Of a stretch of DNA of 24,422 bases, positions 16,749 through 24,422 are shown in pieces. The notes under the pieces were generated by a model. That model had not been told where the DNA came from. It made no database searches and saw nothing but the letters and a program-made list of their open reading frames with translations. The stretch comes from Bacteriovoracaceae bacterium (GTDB lineage: Bacteria; Bdellovibrionota; Bacteriovoracia; Bacteriovoracales; Bacteriovoracaceae), in NCBI GenBank assembly GCA_049599895.1, contig JBMYPC010000038.1, positions 1 through 24,422 on the forward strand, written 5' to 3'. Numbering within the stretch: position 1 is the first letter of the stretch; each line of letters starts with the position of its first letter. Position numbers and translations under genes: made by a program.

Positions 16749-16900
16749 TTTGAAATTAACTCACTTTGTCCCGCGTCATATGATTCTTCTCTTGATAAAT
16801 CGCCAACAAATTTTACAATAAATGAGATTAATCGTGTTTTCAAAGCTATATCTAACCGTATCAGTAGAATACTAGTGAAAAGACTAAAAGGATAACAGAA

Positions 16901-18577
16901 ATGGAAAAGGTTTGGGTTAAGAACTATCAAAAAGGTGTCCCCGCAGAAGTCGACTGTACATCTTATTCAAATATCCCCGAAATTTTCGAGGAAGGTTTTC
17001 GAAAGTTTGAAAGTCGTCCAAGTTTCTCGAATATGGGAAAGACTATTAACTACGCAGAAATGGAAAAGTTAACGAGAACTTTCGCTTCTTATTTGCAAAA
17101 TCAACTTGGCCTTAAAAAAGGGGACCGAGTTGCTTTAATGATGCCAAACATTCTTCAGTATCCTGTGGCATTGTTTGGGCTTCTGAGAGCCGGACTTGTG
17201 GCCGTGAATGTTAATCCTCTTTACAGTGAAAGGGAACTTGAACATCAATTGAATGATTCTGGTGCTGACACCATTGTGATTTTTGAAAACTCGGCTCATG
17301 TCCTTGAAAAAGTTATCGCCAATACTCCGATTAAAAATGTGATCGTTACGGGTGTTGGAGATATGCTTGGTTTTCCTAAAGCAAATCTCATTAATTTTGT
17401 TTTAAAATACGTAAAGAAAATGGTTCCTGAATATAATCTTCCCAATGCTCTTAAGTTTAATGACGTTTTGAGTGCGGGAGATCCTGAGCTTTTTAAGAGA
17501 CAAGAAATTGTTTTAGAAGATACAGCTTTTCTTCAATACACAGGGGGAACGACTGGTGTTTCTAAAGGGGCTGAACTGACTCACGGAAATATTGTTGCGA
17601 ACATTACTCAAGCAAGAGCTTGGCTTCAACCAGTTCTTTCAAAAGTGGATCAAGAGATTATCATTACTCCACTTCCGCTTTATCATATCTTCTCACTGAC
17701 AGCGAATTGCTTTATTTTTACTTCTATCGGTGCCCACAATGTTCTTATTACAAACCCAAGAGATATGGATGGCTTTATTAAAGAGCTTTCAAAGTGGAAG
17801 TTTACCGCCTTTTCTGGAGTGAACACACTTTTTAATGGTCTCATCAATAAGCCTGAATTTAAAAACCTTGATTTTTCGAAACTGAAGATCACTCTCGGTG
17901 GTGGAATGGCCGTACAAAGGTCTGTTGCTGAAGAGTGGAAGAAAATTACAGGAACTCCTCTTATTGAAGCTTATGGACTCACGGAGACATCTCCAGCGGC
18001 TTGTATCAACCCTCTTGATACTCCTGAGCACAATGGCTTTATTGGCCTTCCCATTCCTTCAACAGAAGTCGTGATCAAAGATGATGAAGAGAAAACTCTT
18101 AACATTGATGAAGTCGGAGAGATTTGTATTAAGGGACCACAGGTCATGAAAGGTTATTGGAATCGTCCTGAAGAGACAGCCAAAGTTATGACTGAAGATG
18201 GATTCTTTAAAACCGGTGACATTGGTTGTATGAACTCTGATGGTTACTTTAAGATTGTCGATCGTAAAAAAGATATGATTCTTGTTTCAGGGTTCAACGT
18301 TTATCCTAATGAGATTGAGGATGTTGTTCAGACACATCCAAAAGTATTTGAATGTGCTGCTATCGGAATCCCTGATGACAAAAGTGGTGAAGCTGTAAAA
18401 ATCTTTGTCGTGAAAAAAGAAGAAGAGCTTACAGAGTCAGAGCTTAAGGCTTTTTGCAAAGAACATCTCACAGGCTATAAGAGACCAAGATTTGTAGAGT
18501 TTAGAACGGAACTCCCTAAATCTAACGTTGGCAAGATCCTCAGAAAGGATTTAAGACAACAAGAATTCCAGGCTTAA
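16901..18577 (+). CDS. fadD: Long-chain-fatty-acid--CoA ligase
   Basis: LQYTGGTTGVSKGA AMP-binding motif, PLYHIFSL, YGLTETSP, TGDIG, DRKKDMILVSGFNVYPNEIE and GKILRKDLR. Confidence 0.96.
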   Translation: MEKVWVKNYQKGVPAEVDCTSYSNIPEIFEEGFRKFESRPSFSNMGKTINYAEMEKLTRTFASYLQNQLGLKKGDRVALMMPNILQYPVALFGLLRAGLVAVNVNPLYSERELEHQLNDSGADTIVIFENSAHVLEKVIANTPIKNVIVTGVGDMLGFPKANLINFVLKYVKKMVPEYNLPNALKFNDVLSAGDPELFKRQEIVLEDTAFLQYTGGTTGVSKGAELTHGNIVANITQARAWLQPVLSKVDQEIIITPLPLYHIFSLTANCFIFTSIGAHNVLITNPRDMDGFIKELSKWKFTAFSGVNTLFNGLINKPEFKNLDFSKLKITLGGGMAVQRSVAEEWKKITGTPLIEAYGLTETSPAACINPLDTPEHNGFIGLPIPSTEVVIKDDEEKTLNIDEVGEICIKGPQVMKGYWNRPEETAKVMTEDGFFKTGDIGCMNSDGYFKIVDRKKDMILVSGFNVYPNEIEDVVQTHPKVFECAAIGIPDDKSGEAVKIFVVKKEEELTESELKAFCKEHLTGYKRPRFVEFRTELPKSNVGKILRKDLRQQEFQA

Positions 18578-18606
18578 AAAAAGTTAAAATTGAATTGAAA
18601 GCTAGG

Positions 18607-18630
18607 GCCCCATTTCATGGGGCTTTTTTT
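18607..18630 (+). terminator. Rho-independent terminator of fadD
   Basis: GCCCCAT-TTC-ATGGGGC stem-loop followed by T7. Confidence 0.9.
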
Positions 18631-18632
18631 AT

Positions 18633-18653
18633 GGTGTCTAAAGTTTAAACACC
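18633..18653. promoter_or_regulatory. Dyad GGTGTCTAAAGTTTAAACACC, candidate enhancer-binding-protein site
   Basis: Near-perfect palindrome about 65 bp upstream of a sigma-54 promoter; shares TGTCTAAA and spacing with 11312-11330. Confidence 0.55.
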
Positions 18654-18716
18654 TAGAGAATTTTGACAATTACTAAGAATAACCCTCCGTCATTTTAACC
18701 GCTTAGAAGCTCATTC

Positions 18717-18733
18717 TTGGCACCAGCCTTGCT
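18717..18733 (+). promoter_or_regulatory. Sigma-54 (RpoN) -24/-12 promoter
   Basis: TTGGCACCAGCCTTGCT, an exact TGGCAC-N5-TTGCW match upstream of the giant ORF. Confidence 0.85.
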
Positions 18734-18756
18734 CCCATAATAGAGATCTTTTTTTA

Positions 18757-21700
18757 TTGGATTTGGAGGGCCTTTTGAGGCTGGTTTTGAGTTTAAGAAT
18801 ATTCATCATCTTTGTTTGCTCATTTGAGCTCGCTTTTGCGATGACAATTGAAACCCTTTCCGTGGTGAAACGCTCTCCTGCTTCAGGGCTTGATAAGGCA
18901 TCCTATGATGTCTTAATAGCTGAAATAAAGTCTTTTGAAAAAGCAATCTATGGTTACGACAAAGTGCCTGTCTGTGAAACTGTTGAGGCCCTTGATGTTC
19001 CGTCTATTGAACTTGAAGAGACAGAAAACCTACAATCTGTAACTGAAGCCGATTATGACCAAATCCGTGATCTCTTTCTTGAGAGAAATTCTTATATCGT
19101 CACGAATAGCTCATCAGGGGCAATGACAAGAGAAGAAATCGAAGATCTTTTAAAAACGGCTCTAGACAAAGGATTTTCAAGAAATCAGCTTGAAGACATT
19201 ATTTTTGATTTTGAAGACGGTGAAGACTTCAAAGTTTATTTTGAAGAGACCATTGCCAATATTGAAGCTGAAAATAAAAGAAACGAAAATCGAATCTCTA
19301 GAGGTGAGAATACTCAAGAAAATTATTTTATTCGTTTAGATAAGATGAAGAAAAATGCTTGTGGTGATTATATCTACACTGTTGAGAAAGAAAATGTAGG
19401 GAAGGGACAAAAGCAGGAATGTTATGTTCCTCGAGTTGAAGGGCAAATTGAGAAGTTTTCTAAAGCAATTCAAGAGCTTGAAAGTAATAAACAGGAGCTT
19501 GAAGAAATGCCTGATCACCAATTTAAGATGCTTAAGGCTGCAAGCAACAGGGCCCATCGGATCAGGAAAAAGCTTGAGCTTTATCTCAATTCTCGAAACT
19601 TCACTGAAGAGCTTATTCAAAAACTCGTGATTCAATATATCTCAAAAGTCGTAATTGGAATGCGAGACTTTGTCGTTATTAGTAAAGCTTATTCAACAAC
19701 AGAGAATCGTCTGGAAGGACTTTATGAATCTCTCTTAATTGATATTCCTGCACATCTTTTTAGCTATGAAGCTGACAAATTCATTTGGGCTATTCAAAGT
19801 GGATCAAAACATAAGTTTAAAAAACATTGGCTTCTTTTAGATCCTGTAAAAGCTGAAAGTCGAGTAGGGGAAAGAGTTCTTTCTTATCGTCCTCGATTTA
19901 ATAAAGTTGAAGTTCATAAGCGTGACATGATCACACTGATGAATGCTCCTACTAAGAAAAACTATATTCAGACTTTGAAGTGGTATACTCTCGTGATGCT
20001 TGGAACACAGATGCAGACGTATAACGCTCTCATTGGTAAAGATGGCGAGCCTGTTGAAATCCCAAGATCGTGTCGAGAAAACTTCAATTCAAACCTTCCT
20101 GAGTTTTTTAACCTTCCTTATGAGAAGGGAAAAGGCGAAGAGATACTGAACTCAGTTCTTGATGATCTCATGTTTCTCCCAGAATTTACAAAAAATGAAA
20201 AAGAAAAGGTAGATGAAAGAAGAGTTCAATCGGTGATTAAGCAGTTTATTGAAAATACATCTGGAAATCCTTTTAAAGATGGATATTCTGGGGTCTCTTC
20301 TGTTGAAAAGTATCTTTGGGCAGATTATGCAATCAAGGGAAGGTCTTTTGAGAAGTACGGTGAACCAAACTTTGATGACTACGAAGACTTCGATATGATA
20401 GTTCATCTTAAAACAGGACAATTTGAAAAAGCCTTTACTCATAAAAATCGAGCAAGAGTTCAAAAATATAAAAAGACAATGATCTATAAAGATCTTGATG
20501 TATTCAAAGCCATTTTAAATCCTGTTGACTCGAAGAAGGTTTTTGAAGTCTTCCCCCATCATTTAGATGAAGAGCTTGATGGGGCTATCAGTTATAACTA
20601 TGGAGCCAAAGAAAAGGTTTCCGAATACCTCGCGAAAGTTATGCAAAGAGAAGGTTATACGGACGTTAAGGAATTTATCGAAGACAAACTTCCAAACTCT
20701 TTTAACTCTAGGGTTTATATTCCTTTTCCAAGCCTTTATGGGAATCCTATTTGGAGACATTGGGCCTTAAAAGAAATGGCCGAGTTTGTGGAGCGAAATT
20801 TAGTAACGACTAATGGCTCTAAACTTTATGCTGAAACTCAAAAAGCTTGTGTGAGAACCACAGTTGAGACAGTCATGTCGCAAACAATGATGGGGTCTTC
20901 CCTTAAAACAATTAAAAAGTATACAAAGATTTGTGGAGACCAAAATAAAAATGTTTTCGAGGAACTCCATAAGTCATTAAGATCTTTTCTTGACACAAGT
21001 CAAAAACATGTTTCAACGAAAGAACTCCTTGCGAGAAATATTAGTAAAGATTGGGATATTTTAAGAGCTCTTTGGAATGCTTGGAGTAAAAATGGACAAG
21101 TGAACTTCAAAGCGGGAAGTACGACAGAGAAAGATTTTATCGTAAAGCATTTAAAGTTAGGAAACCGTTGGGCGATGGCCAGGCTCGGCTACGTTCATCT
21201 CTTAAATGAAATCAATGTACTTGGTAAGTCATTCACTCCAGAGACAACGAGAACTCCAAAAAGAAGAAATGGCGGGGGACATCTTACGTTTACTGGAAAC
21301 ACCTTTTGTTTTATGCGAAATGTTTTGGCCCGGAAAACGAACCTTGTGAAAGCTGGTGAAGTTCTAGGTATCGATAAGCCAATAACTCTTTTTCATGGAA
21401 ACTCCCTTTTAAAGAAAAAGGAAAAGAAGTCCATTTGGTCAATGCAAATGGGAGAATTAACTGACCTTGAGCATAATATGGGACTTATGTCTAAAAAGAT
21501 AAAAGGGGCTCCTGCTTTTAAACTTCTTGATGAGATTTCTTATAAAAACTTTTTTACTAAAGAAAGAGCACTTAGTTTTGCAAAAGAAAAACTTGAATAC
21601 TATGACCAAAACGATGATAAACAAAGTGGACTATCTCCACTTGCGACTCAAGAGCTTCAGTCTTATCGAGAGACGAACGATGCTAAAATTACTGATTTTT

Positions 21701-24114
21701 ATGTAGAGATTTTAGGTCTTAGTAAAGAAGAGGCTCCCGATAACCTTAATGAAGTTTTTTCTGATCACGTGAATCTCCTTGAGCAGTTTGTCACTGTGTA
21801 TGGTGATCCTGAGCAATATGATTCAAAGCAAGCATTACTTGTCAGAGATCATAAGTTAAAGAGAATTCTTGCTAAAGACATGATTCGAAGATTGGCAAAA
21901 GATAAGCTTGAAGAGGTGAGAAAAGGTCTTGAAGGATTTTGTTCTCTTGATTCAAGTGATCATGAAGCAGCGAAAGCGCAATTTTTCTGGGCATCGAAAA
22001 ATCATGCAAAGCTTAACAGAATCCTAGGTGTTTCAGATGAAGTAATGGCAAAAATTGAAAAGAGTATCACTAAGATGAGTGCTGAAGAGTTTAGAGATAT
22101 CTTTATCGGTCTTGGTCTTGCCGCAGCGTCTATGGGTGCGATTCTCATTGGAGCAACGGCAAGTGTACTTGGGGCAGGTGCAGGAATCGGAATGGTGATT
22201 GCTGGTGTCACTGCTCTTAAACTTCAGTATGATCTTTTAGAAAGAGAAGTTGGGCGTAAATTAAGTGCTGATCAATATGAAGCCATCGTTAAAGAAGCTG
22301 AGGAGTTAGGACTCGCTGATTTAAATTCTAGTGACAAAGTTTCAAGAACTTGGATTTGGACTGTCGTAGAAGCGATTGGTTTTATTCCAATGATCAATAT
22401 TGTTGCAAAATCAGCTAATGGAGGAATTCGAATAGCGAAGGCAAGTGTACTTGGTTTTGCCAATGCCAGGGCCAATGGACACGGAGTTTGGAGCTCTTGG
22501 AAAGCCTCAGGGCGAGCGAGTAAGACAGCTTATAAAAATGTTGATGTGGATGTCTCAAAAGTTATTATTGGTCTCGATGATCTTGATGATGCTGTTGATA
22601 TTGGAAAAGATATTGCCAAGAGTAACAAGGGAAGTAAGTTAGCAGAAGAAGTAACGGAGGAACTGACTAAGCTTGATACTCTTAAGAATCAAGGAAAGAT
22701 TAGCATGCGAGAGCTCATGAAGCGTGTTGGCGGAGAGCTTGAAAAACTCCAAAGTTTTGCTCAAAAGTCATATGAAGCTTCGGATACATTGGCCAAATCA
22801 ATAACAAAGATTGACGTTAAAACGCTTAACACCAAAACAGCACAAAAAGCGGCTGGTTACTGGGGAAATAAAGTTGAACCATTTTTAAACTACTTTTCTT
22901 CATACTGGGGAAAAACAGGGACAGTCCACTCTCGATTGAGAGGGGATCGAATAAAGTATGCCAGATGGGCCTATGCTCGAGCGAAAGAAGGGAAGTTTCT
23001 CTGGGGAACAAACTGGTGGTACAAGTTCCGTTACGGGCATCTTGGAAAATATGGCTCAAAAATGGTGAAGATTCGCCGAGAACTTGAGCAGCTAAAGAAT
23101 GCAAAATCGATTGAAATTGATGGTGTGACAATCAAAACACTTGAAGATTATATGTTTCATCGAATGGATGATCTTACGACAATTTTTTCAAAGATTCCTA
23201 TAAGGAAACGTGAACTTCCTTACATGTTCCTCATTATGGGAGGACCAGATATTACAACCTTAAAACTATTAAACGTACCTATTCCAAAGTTTATGAAAGG
23301 CCCTAAGTCTTTAAAATATTCAGGTGGATTTCTCGCTAATGGTATCGCCATGAAAAATATCTTCATGTCGAGGGCCGTTATTCTTTCAAGTATCCACGAA
23401 AGAATTGTCAGATCTCTTTTAAAGATGCCTGAAAATATGGCGAATCGAACAATTGGTTATGAGTTTTCAAGAGTTGGTCAAGTGATTGATGCCAGTATCG
23501 ATCTTTTATTAAGAGATTTTCAAAGAGATTATGGTGATGATCTTTCGAAAATCATAAAAGGAACAGTTGATGAAAGAAAGTCAGATGAAATTGCATTAGT
23601 TGTTTCAAAATCGAAAAATTCTAATGAACTTAAAGAAGGACTTATTGAGCTAAAACTTAGCAGAACAAATCGAAATAAAATCATGACTTTAACTAGCGAT
23701 TTGATGGACACTAGAAACTCTCTTTACTCGCAAAAAACAGCAATCCAAACAGCGATGGCCGAAGAAACAAAAGAAATGCTTAAGAAGTATAGCGTGCGTC
23801 ATGATATTGGAAATGTTGTCGTCGCATTCAAGGATTTTTATCACAGAACAGATCAAAAGAGATGGGGACACCTTCTCAAAGTTTTCCCAAGTCTTTTTAT
23901 GGGAATTAAAGGACAAACTTTTTCACGTTACAAAGTAAAAGATATTGCTGAAATTATTCCTGGAGATCACATTAAAACAATTTTTGGAAAGAATGCGACA
24001 CCTGAGAAAGTGAAAAAAATGCCAAGAAAAATGATTGTAGAGAAGATTATGAGTTCAAACTCAGAAGTTCTCAAAGATGTTAATGTGAACACCTCCTTTA
24101 ACTTATTAATCTAA
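18757..24114 (+). CDS. Very large (~1780 aa) secreted hypothetical protein with an internal Gly/Ala-rich hydrophobic segment
   Basis: Uninterrupted 5.3-kb ORF; signal-like RIFIIFVCSFELAFA; GGAGG at 18765-18769 favours a TTG start at 18775; no catalytic motif recognised. Confidence 0.8.
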   Translation: MDLEGLLRLVLSLRIFIIFVCSFELAFAMTIETLSVVKRSPASGLDKASYDVLIAEIKSFEKAIYGYDKVPVCETVEALDVPSIELEETENLQSVTEADYDQIRDLFLERNSYIVTNSSSGAMTREEIEDLLKTALDKGFSRNQLEDIIFDFEDGEDFKVYFEETIANIEAENKRNENRISRGENTQENYFIRLDKMKKNACGDYIYTVEKENVGKGQKQECYVPRVEGQIEKFSKAIQELESNKQELEEMPDHQFKMLKAASNRAHRIRKKLELYLNSRNFTEELIQKLVIQYISKVVIGMRDFVVISKAYSTTENRLEGLYESLLIDIPAHLFSYEADKFIWAIQSGSKHKFKKHWLLLDPVKAESRVGERVLSYRPRFNKVEVHKRDMITLMNAPTKKNYIQTLKWYTLVMLGTQMQTYNALIGKDGEPVEIPRSCRENFNSNLPEFFNLPYEKGKGEEILNSVLDDLMFLPEFTKNEKEKVDERRVQSVIKQFIENTSGNPFKDGYSGVSSVEKYLWADYAIKGRSFEKYGEPNFDDYEDFDMIVHLKTGQFEKAFTHKNRARVQKYKKTMIYKDLDVFKAILNPVDSKKVFEVFPHHLDEELDGAISYNYGAKEKVSEYLAKVMQREGYTDVKEFIEDKLPNSFNSRVYIPFPSLYGNPIWRHWALKEMAEFVERNLVTTNGSKLYAETQKACVRTTVETVMSQTMMGSSLKTIKKYTKICGDQNKNVFEELHKSLRSFLDTSQKHVSTKELLARNISKDWDILRALWNAWSKNGQVNFKAGSTTEKDFIVKHLKLGNRWAMARLGYVHLLNEINVLGKSFTPETTRTPKRRNGGGHLTFTGNTFCFMRNVLARKTNLVKAGEVLGIDKPITLFHGNSLLKKKEKKSIWSMQMGELTDLEHNMGLMSKKIKGAPAFKLLDEISYKNFFTKERALSFAKEKLEYYDQNDDKQSGLSPLATQELQSYRETNDAKITDFYVEILGLSKEEAPDNLNEVFSDHVNLLEQFVTVYGDPEQYDSKQALLVRDHKLKRILAKDMIRRLAKDKLEEVRKGLEGFCSLDSSDHEAAKAQFFWASKNHAKLNRILGVSDEVMAKIEKSITKMSAEEFRDIFIGLGLAAASMGAILIGATASVLGAGAGIGMVIAGVTALKLQYDLLEREVGRKLSADQYEAIVKEAEELGLADLNSSDKVSRTWIWTVVEAIGFIPMINIVAKSANGGIRIAKASVLGFANARANGHGVWSSWKASGRASKTAYKNVDVDVSKVIIGLDDLDDAVDIGKDIAKSNKGSKLAEEVTEELTKLDTLKNQGKISMRELMKRVGGELEKLQSFAQKSYEASDTLAKSITKIDVKTLNTKTAQKAAGYWGNKVEPFLNYFSSYWGKTGTVHSRLRGDRIKYARWAYARAKEGKFLWGTNWWYKFRYGHLGKYGSKMVKIRRELEQLKNAKSIEIDGVTIKTLEDYMFHRMDDLTTIFSKIPIRKRELPYMFLIMGGPDITTLKLLNVPIPKFMKGPKSLKYSGGFLANGIAMKNIFMSRAVILSSIHERIVRSLLKMPENMANRTIGYEFSRVGQVIDASIDLLLRDFQRDYGDDLSKIIKGTVDERKSDEIALVVSKSKNSNELKEGLIELKLSRTNRNKIMTLTSDLMDTRNSLYSQKTAIQTAMAEETKEMLKKYSVRHDIGNVVVAFKDFYHRTDQKRWGHLLKVFPSLFMGIKGQTFSRYKVKDIAEIIPGDHIKTIFGKNATPEKVKKMPRKMIVEKIMSSNSEVLKDVNVNTSFNLLI

Positions 24115-24422
24115 GAAATTACTAAAGTACATTTTGAAAATAAATTACGCAACAATTCTATTTTTTTTTTTATTCTAGTGCAAAAACAAACAAAAAATAT
24201 TCAAGTATTTTACCAATGTTCATTTGATGTTTAATGAACAACATCTTAAGTGACTTGGTTAGTGAATTAACTAACCACCACTCCTGACATCTTGAACTAA
24301 TCTAAAGAACGACGTACAGTAGAATTACAGCATGAGCAGGTCAAATCAGCAAAGTCAAAGCAAGGTAGTAATTCATTTGAGACTTTATATTCCCAAAATA
24401 ATATTGAATATTCAGAATTGCA

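Noticed and set aside
144..23916. Many short ORFs antisense or out of frame to the main genes (e.g. 144-467, 3001-3432, 16614-16895, 19336-19635, 22826-23131)
   Set aside because: They overlap well-supported CDSs and show no motifs or SD; shadow ORFs.

Overview
Moderately AT-rich bacterial chromosome segment. Gene content and style (VKOR-DsbA fusion, FlhG-like ATPase next to a J-like/HTH protein and rluD, S8-CUB protease, very large secreted hypothetical protein, consensus sigma-54 promoters) suggest a predatory Bdellovibrionota, probably Bacteriovoracales; this assignment is inference. Most of the window is housekeeping: alpha/beta hydrolase, trmO/tsaA, tatD, VKOR-DsbA, pgeF, rluD, polyprenol kinase-like, Lon-N, manA, htpX, DUF5522 and fadD. 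The most unusual part is the tRNA-Pro(GGG) locus. The tRNA's first 18 nt are exactly duplicated 157 bp upstream, with a ~138-nt structured, REP/MITE-like insert between the copies that begins at the D-loop. A decayed accessory patch (PepSY-TM gene, internally deleted TauE pseudogene, headless receiver-domain fragment) and an orphan ParB-like gene follow the tRNA. Two secreted proteins of unknown function (127 aa and ~1785 aa) each have a perfect sigma-54 promoter and a shared upstream TGTCTAAA..TGACA/AACA dyad, pointing to a common enhancer-binding-protein regulon. An unannotated, doubly frameshifted secreted-protein gene lies at 1683-1953. No CRISPR array, rRNA, integrase or transposase was seen.
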